Both the position numbers and the translations under genes were made by a program. This document shows positions 1-10,170 of a stretch of 64,000 nt of DNA, piece after piece. The stretch is from Candidatus Bathyarchaeota archaeon (GTDB taxonomy: Archaea; Thermoproteota; Bathyarchaeia; Bathyarchaeales; Bathycorpusculaceae). The notes under the pieces are model-generated. The model was not told where the DNA came from, ran no database searches, and saw only the letters and a program-made list of their open reading frames with translations. The stretch lies in the NCBI GenBank assembly GCA_963707955.1, contig OY970176.1, positions 1,568,001-1,632,000 on the forward strand, given 5' to 3'. The number at the start of each line of letters is the position of its first letter. The stretch's first letter is position 1.

Positions 1-269
1 GAAAGAAGTTAACTTTTATGATTTAGAATTTCAAACGCGGTCAAGAATGAAGGATCTAAGCTGTAGCTCTAAGCAAGCTTCATGTGGGTAACTGCGAACA
101 GGCAGCTTTTCAGGTTTCTGGGTACCTGTTTACCTTCTCTTTTTCTGTCGCATTCCCCCTTGGAACGTTCACGAGTGTCTGAGTTCTACAGTTATGCACA
201 AATGTTTATTAAGTCGTAAGATGCACGTTACGGCAACCATCCGATGGTGAAACAAGAAGGAAAAGAACC

Positions 270-692
270 ATGTCTTCAAGAAACAAGAAGAAGTCAAAAG
301 GCAGGAACACGCAGAATCTGGGGTGTCACACAGAAGCTGTAAAAGTTCTGAGAACGGTAGGAGACCATGAGGCTTTCTATTTCTACGAAGCTGTTGGAAA
401 ACCAACGGGCGAAGTTGCAAGGAACCTCTCTGATTTTGTCGATAGGGTCAAGTCTGTCAAGTCAGAGAGTCTGATGTTCCATCTTCAGAGAAAAGACTTT
501 CAAAACTGGGTCGAGAAAATTCTCGGTGACTCCAAACTTGCCGAAGAACTTGAGAGGATTTCTCCTTCAAACAGTGATGACATTCGAGCGAAGATTCACG
601 AAACCGTTGAAAATCGTGTGAGAGAACTAAGAGAATCATCTGTAGAGATCTCGGTTGACGAGAACGCTGTCGTCCTCCTGCCTTACTCTTAG
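270..692 (+). CDS. DUF5752-family protein
   Basis: 140-aa ORF with FYFY..GKPTG..ARNL.DF, SL.FH..R.DF.NW...LGD..LA pattern typical of DUF5752. Confidence 0.75.
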   Translation: MSSRNKKKSKGRNTQNLGCHTEAVKVLRTVGDHEAFYFYEAVGKPTGEVARNLSDFVDRVKSVKSESLMFHLQRKDFQNWVEKILGDSKLAEELERISPSNSDDIRAKIHETVENRVRELRESSVEISVDENAVVLLPYS

Positions 693-892
693 AATTTGCC
701 ATTTTCTATATCGAGCCCATGCACAGGGCTTTTTTTTGTTGCATTAGTGTTCAGATTTCAGTTACTCCTTCGCTTCGCCATTTCCCGAAAAATATCGTTC
801 CATAGCTACTTTCGGGTCAGATTCCTGCCCCCGCTGATTTAGTCCTTCACCCAAAATGTGGCGCCAGCCTCTGGACGGATAAGCTGCACCTG

Positions 893-3013
893 TTATTGCC
901 TATTCAGTAGTTCCAGCATGGCGCGGATATCTGTTGTTGGGAGGTTGCAGACGTGGCTTCGGCACACAAACGCCGTTGCCTTGTCTCCCTCACCGTGCAT
1001 GCTCTCAGTGAATTTGGCAATGTCAGTTATTTCTTGAGGCTTCTCGGTTGTGGAGCGGAGTATTACGACTTTTCTGGGAAGAAACTTGCTCCAAAGAGTT
1101 TGCAGCATCCTGGCTGTGTCTTCTTTCTGCGAGTCCCCCACAACTACTACTTCACTTGAGGGCCCCAGTGCGAAATCAAGGACGCTCATTAATTGTGTAT
1201 GGGCAGAGGGATCGTTTGTCACTTCCGTTGAGAAGGCACGCATCAACTGTGCTGCTTCTTCTTCAAACCGTGTTTCTTCCGTCATTCGCGCCAGGTAGAT
1301 CAAATCCAAGGCTGCAGCAGAATTGCCTGATGGATAGGCACCATCATAGATCCCTTTGCTTCTCAGGAGAGCTGTCTCTGAATAGTCGGCAGTCTGGTAG
1401 AAGCCTCCACGTTCTTTGTCCCAGAAGTGTGCAAGCATCTTGTCTGCTAGGTCGATTGCGTACCGGAGGTATTTCGTTTCAAAGACTGCTTCGTAGAGTT
1501 CCACGAGGCCCCAAGTGAAGAAAGCGTAGTCGTCCAAGAAACCGTCTATGCTTGCTTCTCCTTCTCGGTAACGGTGAAGGAGCTTGCCTTCTGCGTCGCA
1601 TAAGTTTCCGATTATGAGGTCAGCGGCCTTTCTCGCTGCTGCCGAGTATTCAGGCTCATCGAAAACCTGGCTGGCCTTTGCCAAAGCCACGATCATTAAG
1701 CCGTTCCAGTCGGTGAGAATCTTGTCGTCTTTGCTTGGGTGAACGCGTTTCTGGCGAACGGCAAGAAGCTTTAGACGGGCCTCTTCGATTAGTTTCTGAA
1801 GCTTTTCTGGCGAAAAGTGCAAGTCCACTGCTAGTTCAGCGGCCGGTTTTCGTAGGTGGAGAACATTCTTTCCAGTCTCCTTGCCAGTTGTCGCTTCAAC
1901 AAAGTTGCCTCCCTCTTCAATGCTGAAGACCTTTTTAATGAGTTCCGCTTCGTCTTCAGACAACGCTTGCCTGATTTCTCGTTCAGTCCAAAGGTAGAAT
2001 TTTCCTTCCTCACCTTCGCTGTCAGCATCTTCAGCCGAATAGAAGCCGCCGCTTGGGTCGGTCATGTTGCAAAGGACGTACGCGATTACTTCGCGAGCTG
2101 TGTGTCTGTAATCTTCTTTTTCTGTCACCTGGTAAGCTTCGGTGTAAGCTATGATAAGCATTGCTTGGTCGTAGAGCATTTTCTCAAAGTGGGGGACACG
2201 CCATTTCGCATCCGTGGAGTAGCGGTGAAAACCAAAGCCTAAGTGGTCGTAGATGCCTCCCAGCCGCATGGCATCAAGGGTTTTCTCGACCATTTGCAGG
2301 GCTTTGTCGTGTCGAGTTCGCTTCCAGTATCTTAGAAGGAAGCTCAGGTTGTGGGGTGAGGGAAATTTCGGTGCGTTCCCGAAGCCGCCGTTGCGTTCGT
2401 CAAAGTTCTCTGCGAGGTGCAAGTATGCTTCGTCCAGGGTAGATTCAGCAAGTTCTTCAGTAAGCTGCAAGCTTGATTCATTTTCTCTCCCTTTGAGAAG
2501 CGCTGTGATCTTCTCTGCAGAGTCGATGAGCTCGTTTCTTTTCGACGCCCAGAGTTGCCTGATCTGCGGTACAAGTTGTTTCATTCCCAACTGCCCAAAC
2601 CTGTTTTCTTTAGGGATGTATGTCGCTGCGAAGAACGGCTTCTTGTCAGCGGTCATGATTATGTGCAGAGGCCATCCGCCTGTTCCAGTGATCGCTTGGC
2701 AAACTTTTATGTAGGCAGCGTCTAAGTCTGGCCTTTCTTCGCGGTCCACTTTTATGCACACAAAAGTGTCATTGAGCATTCTTGCGACTTCTGGGTCTTC
2801 AAACGATTCTCTCTCCATAACATGGCACCAGTGGCACGCTGAGTAGCCGATGGACAAGAAGACCGGTTTGTCTCCTGCGCTGGCCTTTTGAAAGGCTTCA
2901 GCACCCCAAGGATACCAATCCACCGGATTGTGGGCATGCTGCAAAAGGTAAGGGCTCTTCTCAGAGATCAGCCTGTTAGACGTTGAATCCTTTCCAGAGG
3001 TCATCGTCAGCAC
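893..3013 (-). CDS. Thioredoxin-domain YyaL/SPATA20-family protein
   Basis: [43 protein letters not shown] motifs. Confidence 0.92.
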   Translation of the reverse strand: MLTMTSGKDSTSNRLISEKSPYLLQHAHNPVDWYPWGAEAFQKASAGDKPVFLSIGYSACHWCHVMERESFEDPEVARMLNDTFVCIKVDREERPDLDAAYIKVCQAITGTGGWPLHIIMTADKKPFFAATYIPKENRFGQLGMKQLVPQIRQLWASKRNELIDSAEKITALLKGRENESSLQLTEELAESTLDEAYLHLAENFDERNGGFGNAPKFPSPHNLSFLLRYWKRTRHDKALQMVEKTLDAMRLGGIYDHLGFGFHRYSTDAKWRVPHFEKMLYDQAMLIIAYTEAYQVTEKEDYRHTAREVIAYVLCNMTDPSGGFYSAEDADSEGEEGKFYLWTEREIRQALSEDEAELIKKVFSIEEGGNFVEATTGKETGKNVLHLRKPAAELAVDLHFSPEKLQKLIEEARLKLLAVRQKRVHPSKDDKILTDWNGLMIVALAKASQVFDEPEYSAAARKAADLIIGNLCDAEGKLLHRYREGEASIDGFLDDYAFFTWGLVELYEAVFETKYLRYAIDLADKMLAHFWDKERGGFYQTADYSETALLRSKGIYDGAYPSGNSAAALDLIYLARMTEETRFEEEAAQLMRAFSTEVTNDPSAHTQLMSVLDFALGPSSEVVVVGDSQKEDTARMLQTLWSKFLPRKVVILRSTTEKPQEITDIAKFTESMHGEGDKATAFVCRSHVCNLPTTDIRAMLELLNRQ

Positions 3014-3328
3014 TACCCTTGGTACTTATAGCATGAGCACAGAATAACCTATCCAGTAGGCGAGGTTTTGAGTAGTCTGTATGCTTGTTCCTCAATCTCA
3101 GCTATTTCCACCATCTTAGGTCAAAGTGCTTCTGGCCCAAATCTGTGTTGAAACAGGAATATGAGGGAATTGCGGAAGTAGACCCTGCAAAAAGTTAAGA
3201 GCATCATTGACAAACCATAGCACCGCGCCCGCCCCCTTTGCCCTTCAGGATTCTGTTTTTCTGCGTTACATTTGTACATGAAGATATACCAAGTCTGCAC
3301 GGGCTACACAGTGTTCGTGGAATCACAC

Positions 3329-3778
3329 TTGGAAAAGAATGAGAAAATCTTCTTCGGAATTGCGTTGCTGCTTGTTTTGTGCGCTCTGGCAAGCGGAACT
3401 GCATTATCGTTGCTTCAGGCAAGTAGAACTATCTCTAACACAGGATCAGTAAAGGGCATTGGAGTGGGGATCTATTGGGATTTAGCGTGTACAAACCAGA
3501 CATCTTCGATCAATTGGGGACTCTTGGATCCGGGTTCGAACAAAACGGTGGGGATCTACGTTAGAAATGAAGGAAACTCCGTCGCTGTGCTCTCCAAGAC
3601 TGTTCAAAACTGGAATCCATCAAACCTCCAAAGCTACGTGTCCTTGAATTGGAATTACGTCAATCAAACTTTGAGCGTGAATCAGGTTCTCCAAGTAAAT
3701 ATGACGCTAATTGTCTCATCAACGGTTTCAGGGATAACAAACTTCAGCTTTGACATAACGATAAGCGCAACAGGTTAG
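3329..3778 (+). CDS. Small secreted/surface protein
   Basis: Probable TTG start at 3329 (frame open from 3272); N-terminal hydrophobic signal, beta-rich body, several N-X-S/T sequons. Confidence 0.7.
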   Translation: MEKNEKIFFGIALLLVLCALASGTALSLLQASRTISNTGSVKGIGVGIYWDLACTNQTSSINWGLLDPGSNKTVGIYVRNEGNSVAVLSKTVQNWNPSNLQSYVSLNWNYVNQTLSVNQVLQVNMTLIVSSTVSGITNFSFDITISATG

Positions 3779-3896
3779 CAAAACCCTTCCACTTTTTTTG
3801 TCAACGAAAAAGAAACGTCAGCGCACGATTCCACATTGGGAAAACAAACCGGTGACTTCACGTGATTCTTCGGTTTATCGGTATGCAACAAAGTCA

Positions 3897-5849
3897 TCAT
3901 TCATAAGACCGCGGACCTGGCCATCTACGCTGGTCGACAAGAATTCTTTCAAAATCGACGTCTTGCATGTTCCTTATGAAAGTGATCACTTCCCTAAATT
4001 GGCCTGGAAGGTATATTGTCTCTTTTCCTGGGCCTCGAAGCGTGAACCCCGTTCTTGCCTCCACAGCAAACACCATCACAGCAGCCAGAAGCGGAATCAG
4101 AGGGATCAACGCCAAGAAAATTCCAAAGAATGAGGGCTGTACGAGTCCGCTTGCTGTCAGGGAATTCACCAGTTCATTAATCATAGACACCAAGACTGTT
4201 GGAAGAATTGATCTCAGAAAGAGCGCGACAAAAAGCATTAGAGCAATGATGGAGCCGGCAACAAGGGTCTTCCACGAGAATCTTCGGGTATGTTCGATGG
4301 ACGTGACATTTACGTAAGGGATCTCGATGACCTTTCTTGAAATCACACCTCTCCTGATGAACAGTCTACGCCCAGTGGCTATCACTCCCCAAGTACCTGA
4401 TGACCAACTCTTCAAGACATTCTCTGGTTCGGCTATGGTTGCTCGAACCTCGCTGGGCATCGCGATCAGTCCTCTCTCTTTAATCAACTCTTCTGACAGG
4501 GCTTCATCAAGTTGTCCAGTGAGCTTTGAAACAGTCATGTCTGACGTTCTTTGCTTGGCGTTGGCCGACATTTCACTCCAGAGACTTGAGTCCTCGCACA
4601 GTTTGGTGACCGCTGCGGCTGCACCTTCCACATCGTCCGGCCCCTTAACATGGATGCCTTCCTTACCGTCTCGAATGAGCCAAGCTTGCCCTTCAACGGC
4701 TGATGTGATCACCGGGACCCCCAAATACATGAACTCCAACTGTGTTAGCCCAAGAGCCTCTGACCTGCTCAGCAGAACGTTCAGGTAGGAGGATTTCATA
4801 AGCTGCACTTTCTGCTCCTCACTCACTTCTCCAAGGTACGTTACGTTTGGCAAACTCTGGGCGGTATCGATGACTTTCTGAGAATAGGACGAATCGCCCT
4901 TTCCAGCAATGACGAAGTGAATGTCTCTCCTTTCCTTCAGAATTTCGGCTATCTTGAGGACTGCGAGCGGGTTTTTGCGTTCTTCAATACTGCCCACGTA
5001 AGACACTATTTTCTTGTCCTCGTCAATGCTGGATTGTTTGAGGAAGTTTTTGACGCCCTGATCATTGCCTCTCAAATAGCGCGAAAAAACCTCTTCATCC
5101 ACACCGCCAGGGTACAAGAAACACTTCTCTGGTTTTGCTCCCATCTTCACTTTGGCCTCTTTCTCCAAGGGTGTGACCACGAGAATGAGGTTGGCGGTTG
5201 AAAAGATTTGAGGAAGCGTGAGCCTGTTCCACGCGACCCTGAAAGATCTTTCAGTTAAGGAATACCTTTTTGGTGAAGGTTCCTGAAAATGAGACATGTG
5301 GCAGAAGACGAGAGGATCTCGATATCCGCCTATTCTCTTCATATACCGACGCCATTCTATGAATTTGGCAACTTCCTCGGGACCGTTCCACAAAGTGCTG
5401 TGCGTTATTAGAACATCTAAGTGGAAGCCGTCGACGATTCTCTCCAAGACTGGTATGAAGTCTCTAAAGCCTATTCGGCGAGGAGGCCATCTTGCTATAT
5501 AGCTGTCCACTCGAATTATGGGTATGCCAAGTTCGGGGTCTCGTTCTGTGTACGAGTACCCCCCTGAGCTGGCCAAGTCTGCCGAAGAGACCACTTCCGT
5601 GCCATCATGATAATTGCTTGTGATAAGAAATGTTTCATGCCCAAGCCTGATGAATTCCTTCACCATTCTTTCGGCAACTAACTCTTGCCCCTTGCTCTTG
5701 CTAGTCTGATAAATTATGACTCCGATTCGCTTCTTCAGCAATTGACTTCCCTTGCGTCTGCGGGAAACGGTGTTTTCCGCAAATTCCCAGCGCGTGCTAG
5801 GCTTGCTTGCCTCGATGGGACTTGCCCAATCTCTACAATTATTGGTCAC
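3897..5849 (-). CDS. GT4 glycosyltransferase with C-terminal bPH-like domain and two TM helices
   Basis: YVGSIEERKN and EALGLTQLEFMYLGVPVI GT-B motifs; C-terminal ATGRRLFIRRG..IEIPY..VTSIE then hydrophobic helices. Confidence 0.85.
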   Translation of the reverse strand: MTNNCRDWASPIEASKPSTRWEFAENTVSRRRKGSQLLKKRIGVIIYQTSKSKGQELVAERMVKEFIRLGHETFLITSNYHDGTEVVSSADLASSGGYSYTERDPELGIPIIRVDSYIARWPPRRIGFRDFIPVLERIVDGFHLDVLITHSTLWNGPEEVAKFIEWRRYMKRIGGYRDPLVFCHMSHFQEPSPKRYSLTERSFRVAWNRLTLPQIFSTANLILVVTPLEKEAKVKMGAKPEKCFLYPGGVDEEVFSRYLRGNDQGVKNFLKQSSIDEDKKIVSYVGSIEERKNPLAVLKIAEILKERRDIHFVIAGKGDSSYSQKVIDTAQSLPNVTYLGEVSEEQKVQLMKSSYLNVLLSRSEALGLTQLEFMYLGVPVITSAVEGQAWLIRDGKEGIHVKGPDDVEGAAAAVTKLCEDSSLWSEMSANAKQRTSDMTVSKLTGQLDEALSEELIKERGLIAMPSEVRATIAEPENVLKSWSSGTWGVIATGRRLFIRRGVISRKVIEIPYVNVTSIEHTRRFSWKTLVAGSIIALMLFVALFLRSILPTVLVSMINELVNSLTASGLVQPSFFGIFLALIPLIPLLAAVMVFAVEARTGFTLRGPGKETIYLPGQFREVITFIRNMQDVDFERILVDQRRWPGPRSYE

Positions 5850-7122
5850 GGGAACTCATAAACCTACTTGCTCGATCGTTTTTCAACTGCGTTCGAGTCC
5901 TTTCTCGATTAGGATTGGTCCTAATCATAGGAAAATCAGAACGGAATCTGAGATCGTTTACGAGTAGAGCTTTCAAGAAACGTGGAACATCTTCGAACTT
6001 CACGAGGTAATCGCAATCGAGAAGTTTCAAGGGCGTTTCGCCATGGAGCACGCCGACGCTGATACTTGAGGCTCTGAAAGCAGGGTTATCCGTTTCCGAG
6101 TCTCCCAAATAGAGGACACCACTTTTAACAGCTAACTCCTCAAGCGTTTCCTGTAACGCTCTGCCTTTGTCAGGAGCAACAGGATAGACGTCGTAAAAGG
6201 GGCGATTCTCATATCTCAACAACCTCAGTTTCAACGCCTTACAGTAATTCGCGACGACTTCAGCTTGACATTTCGCTGCCTCTGGATCCTTTGTTCGCCG
6301 CCAGTCTACGCAGAAAGCGATTGTGCGGGCTTCAGAATCCTGTTTTTCCTCGATCTCAACCCCAGCAGCAGTGATATGTGATCTTGCATAGTCAATCGCA
6401 CGAGAAATGTTTGGCAATCTCGATTCCAAGCATTCTCTTTTCAAAACTCTCTTTCCAATCTGCGTTTCCAGTCCGCCCATCGCTGACCATGCGTGGGCAA
6501 AGGGCGTCCTTGGCATCACAAACCCCAAGTCTTTCATAGTAAAAATCGATATCGGCAAAAACCTGCTAATCCGCCGAAGCATTACACCCGTTTCCAGCGG
6601 AACATGCGACTCACTTCTTGGAACATTCAGAGGACTTATGGTTCCATCATAGTCCGACGACAAACACTTCAGATTCATCGTTCGAGGCGCGTTTCCGTCT
6701 GGTGGACTATTTTGGCCCGTCAATGATCTTTTGTCCGACTTCATGGACTTGTGTTTGTAATCCTCCATGTTTGTCGGGGTTTTTTCTTTCATCGGTTTTC
6801 CAGAGACCAAACGGAAAAGTATGGCCTTCGAATTCCTTCGTTTTGCCAACCAACCTGCGCGAACTAGCTGATTGAGGTAGTTGCTCTCAATAGCTCGACA
6901 GCGTCCTGTGAGATCTGATACTTCTGTTGCTGTACATTCGCCTTTAGAGGCCACAGTAAGGTAGGCCTTTCGAAGATGATCAGGTAGCGAAAACAATTCT
7001 GATTCGGAAATTTCTAACGGTGGAGGATTCCAACTTGAAATAGAATTCTCAATATCATCAAGCCGATAGCGTATTTCCTGCATCTCTCGGAGAATTCGAT
7101 CGAACATCGATCTCCTTACCAA
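5839..7122 (-). CDS. wHTH fused to HAD-IIB phosphatase (trehalose-6-P phosphatase-like)
   Basis: HAD motifs DYDGT, DKG, GDSETD; N-terminal TATEVSDLTGRCRAIESNYLNQLVRAGWL HTH; overlaps the GT4 ORF by 11 nt. Confidence 0.75.
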   Translation of the reverse strand: MVRRSMFDRILREMQEIRYRLDDIENSISSWNPPPLEISESELFSLPDHLRKAYLTVASKGECTATEVSDLTGRCRAIESNYLNQLVRAGWLAKRRNSKAILFRLVSGKPMKEKTPTNMEDYKHKSMKSDKRSLTGQNSPPDGNAPRTMNLKCLSSDYDGTISPLNVPRSESHVPLETGVMLRRISRFLPISIFTMKDLGFVMPRTPFAHAWSAMGGLETQIGKRVLKRECLESRLPNISRAIDYARSHITAAGVEIEEKQDSEARTIAFCVDWRRTKDPEAAKCQAEVVANYCKALKLRLLRYENRPFYDVYPVAPDKGRALQETLEELAVKSGVLYLGDSETDNPAFRASSISVGVLHGETPLKLLDCDYLVKFEDVPRFLKALLVNDLRFRSDFPMIRTNPNRERTRTQLKNDRASRFMSSRDQ

Positions 7123-7582
7123 GTTTGCGATCCATCCCCCTTTTTACTCAGTCTCTTCCGATTTATCATTCTTTTGGTTCATAGCGCCCGAGTGCAGATC
7201 TGACCACGGCTACTGGCACATGCCAAAACGGTAGCTCTGATCAAAACATTGCTAGTGACCATGACTCTTTCCCTTTCTCGATACCGCGTCAGTTCTTCTT
7301 GCTCTTTCGCATCTGGCTAGTGATCAAAGAGCAACAACTATATGGTGGTTAGTGTGCAAATGTTTACCAGAAAAACAGAATTCGAACGTGGATTTCGTTC
7401 TCAACGCTAGAGTGCACGTTCGCGCGCGTCAAATCGTTCGAAATCAGCGCGCACCACTCATGGTATATAGCATATGACAAAAACCAAGCTTGGATTAGGA
7501 CTTCGGGAGAAGTGTCCACCTGCGAACGCACAATTCGCTCTAAGTTGCCGTCAGAAGCTGAGAAGGAGAAAGTGGCACAGCG

Positions 7583-8116
7583 CTAGTATTTTCCGACCTT
7601 TTTTCCCGCTCTATGATAGAAGCCTTCTTCGCCAACCCATTTAAGAAGAGTTCCATCTTTCCAATCATAGCCTTCGCGAACATGAATTGCAAGAACCTCT
7701 CCTATGAACCAGACATGGTCTCCAACTTCTATGGCTTGAACAACTTTGCACTCAATGCTCAGAGGACTCTCCTCAATGAGGGGCGCGCTGACCCTGCTCG
7801 CGGGGACCGCCGTTAGCTTTGCCAACTCAAACTTGTCCACGTCTCGCCCGGAGTTTTCCCCACAGATCTTTACGGCTTCAATGAGCTTATCATCGACTAT
7901 GTTGACAACGTAAGCTTCGCTTTTTTGGATAAGCCCATAAGAAAATCTCGAAGGCGCTATGCCCACTCCAACCAGAGTCGGCTTTCCAGAGAAGTAGGCA
8001 AACATGCCGATGCTAATTATATTCTTCTTTCCAGAATGTTCACACGATACTAGGTACACGGGTCGAATCGGCAGCTTTCCAAGACCTTCCCGAACCGAAA
8101 TCTCGCTCTTCATCAA
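7583..8116 (-). CDS. Flavin reductase family protein
   Basis: CGENSGRDVDKF, APLIEESPLSIEC, GDHVWFIGEV. Confidence 0.9.
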   Translation of the reverse strand: MMKSEISVREGLGKLPIRPVYLVSCEHSGKKNIISIGMFAYFSGKPTLVGVGIAPSRFSYGLIQKSEAYVVNIVDDKLIEAVKICGENSGRDVDKFELAKLTAVPASRVSAPLIEESPLSIECKVVQAIEVGDHVWFIGEVLAIHVREGYDWKDGTLLKWVGEEGFYHRAGKKVGKY

Positions 8117-8249
8117 CCATCAAATCCTCCAGCGTGTTGTTAAACTTGAATTCTCTATGAAGGGTTTAGGCTGATATTTTCTTATTAAGTTTGCAGCATG
8201 TTAACCTCATCTGAGCTTGAACGGAAAAACACCAGCTCAAGCAGCTAGA

Positions 8250-8381
8250 ATGGAAGCTCCGAACAACTGGAAAGGTCTTATTGAAGAAGCAACAAAATAT
8301 GAAGCCAAAGTTCTAACGAAAGCAACTAGTCCTGAGACAGAAGCGAAAGAAGAAAGAAAAGTGGAGGCGATTGTGAAATGA
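8250..8381 (+). CDS. 43-aa hypothetical ORF (possibly a remnant)
   Basis: Hand-translated MEAPNNWKGLIEEATKYEAKV...EAIVK; ATGA overlap with the next gene. Confidence 0.35.
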   Translation: MEAPNNWKGLIEEATKYEAKVLTKATSPETEAKEERKVEAIVK

Positions 8382-8545
8382 GAAAAGTTCTAGTGGCACT
8401 TCCCGAAAATGTTGCTGATCTCCTGAACAAAGAGTTAGTTGGAACGATAGGTGAAACCTGCTCAGATACGTTACGAACAATTATAATGAGCTGGTTATCA
8501 GAGAAAGGATACTTAACGACAGGTGGAAAACATGACAAAGAGTAA
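8378..8545 (+). CDS. Ribbon-helix-helix (CopG-like) protein, 55 aa
   Basis: Hand-translated MRKVLVALPENVADLLNKELVGTIGETCSDTLRTIIMSWLSEKGYL; GGAGG upstream; below the ORF-track cutoff. Confidence 0.7.
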   Translation: MRKVLVALPENVADLLNKELVGTIGETCSDTLRTIIMSWLSEKGYLTTGGKHDKE

Positions 8546-8688
8546 GCATATAAAAACGAGAGCTTGCAGAAGAAACAGATTTGCTGGACACTATGCTTTC
8601 AAGCCTTGTGGAATTGCTTGAAGAAAAGGGCCTACTGACACATGAAGAATGGGAAAAACGGGTTAAGGAACGAGTCACTATTAAGTAG
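8532..8688 (+). pseudogene. Small helical protein with a +1 frameshift in the A5 run
   Basis: ATG 8532 gives MTKSKHIK; the +1 frame continues RELAEETDLLDTMLSSLVELLEEKGLLTHEEWEKRVKERVTIK*. Confidence 0.5.
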
Positions 8689-8781
8689 AGATGCAGGTGT
8701 TTACCATAAAAGATATGGGTTAGTATTTCATAACATTATTATATATGGTTCTGGAATACTCGATGCTGAGAGGAACGGTTT

Positions 8782-9315
8782 ATGTTTAATTACGTTGACG
8801 GTTGTGAAAGAATACGCCGTATGTTAGACACTTTCTTAGTAAACGGCATTGATGAGAATCACCTAGAACCGCTTGATGATTTGATAAAGTCGGCTCAAAT
8901 TGATGAAGTAAAAGCTTTGAACTCATATCAGCCCTTGTCTCAGCAAAGGATTTTGTTTGGGGCATTCATAAACATATACAATACAACTGAAGAAATGAGG
9001 GCAAAACTTAGAATTGCGCGTGCAATTCATGAAAATCCCAAGACAGTTGAACGAGCCTTAGAAATGATAGAAAGCCTATGTGTTGTTGCACCATACGTCG
9101 ATGAGTTCCTAACCAAGGGCGGCACAAAAGAAAGTGGTAGAATAGACGAACTTTCAAGAGCATTATATAGGAAAGCCAACCGCCTTGGCTTTTATCAGAA
9201 TGTTGAGGCCCAACTGAAGCACGCACAGATACGTGAGGCTGAGGTTGAAGCTTTTGCCAAGAAACTAACTGAAAACATCAAAATAGAAGTGGAGACCACG
9301 GATGAGACCTTGTAA
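8782..9315 (+). CDS. Hypothetical all-alpha protein
   Basis: 177-aa ORF; upstream TTATATAT box; TAATG overlap with the next gene. Confidence 0.7.
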   Translation: MFNYVDGCERIRRMLDTFLVNGIDENHLEPLDDLIKSAQIDEVKALNSYQPLSQQRILFGAFINIYNTTEEMRAKLRIARAIHENPKTVERALEMIESLCVVAPYVDEFLTKGGTKESGRIDELSRALYRKANRLGFYQNVEAQLKHAQIREAEVEAFAKKLTENIKIEVETTDETL

Positions 9316-10109
9316 TGAGAATCTTGGTCGAAACATCAGTTCTGATTGGCGCATCTATTTTTTGGCAATGTGATGGCCAATCTGTAAAAGGATTCAGTTT
9401 CGATAAATGTAACGAACTACTATTTTTTCTCAAGGAACACCCTGAATTGGGTATAATCACTAAGACAATCGAAGATGAGGCTAGAAGCGTATTGGACAAA
9501 GCAGTCCTTAAGACAATTCACCAAACCTATTTCACTGATATTAAAGAAAAAATCAGAGCGATGACGATGCAACACGTTGTAAGTAATTATTGTCTTGATA
9601 GACTTGACAAATTTGTCGAAGAATGCTCAAGCAGATTACCAGTAGACACAAAAGAGCGTGACAGAATTAAGACACAAGAAATCGAACCATTTCTAAATGA
9701 TTTAGTAATGAAAACCGTACGGTATGTCCAACCTGATATTCCCTCTTTCATCAAGAGCAAAGAGATCAGAGAAGAGTTGACAGATGTAATTGTGAAGTCC
9801 CTACCATCCAAAGGCATTGTTTACAAGGGAATGCCTGCAGATAGAGACTTAATGATAATGGCAGAGGCGGCTTTCATTTGTCGAAAACTCAAAAACGAAG
9901 AGAAAATCTACGTTGCGTCAATAGATAATCATTTCATACCCAACAAAGTGCAAGTTGGTTCTTATCTTTCTGGGTATAAGAAATATCTGGAAAACGAGTT
10001 GGATTCAACTGTGCGAGACAGGCTTGCAGCAAAATTTGGATTCATAGGTGACGAACCTGTGAAAATTCTGGAAGTTGCTAAACAGGAAACATCAGAGCAA
10101 ACGACTTGA
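9315..10109 (+). CDS. Divergent PIN-domain protein
   Basis: PIN-like acidic motifs ILVETSVL, TIEDE, DRDLMIMAEA, VASIDNHF. Confidence 0.6.
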   Translation: MRILVETSVLIGASIFWQCDGQSVKGFSFDKCNELLFFLKEHPELGIITKTIEDEARSVLDKAVLKTIHQTYFTDIKEKIRAMTMQHVVSNYCLDRLDKFVEECSSRLPVDTKERDRIKTQEIEPFLNDLVMKTVRYVQPDIPSFIKSKEIREELTDVIVKSLPSKGIVYKGMPADRDLMIMAEAAFICRKLKNEEKIYVASIDNHFIPNKVQVGSYLSGYKKYLENELDSTVRDRLAAKFGFIGDEPVKILEVAKQETSEQTT

Positions 10110-10170
10110 CAGATGTCTAAGAACTTCAACGTGCTTGAACTGTATCACCACAAATAACGCAACAGTGTCG

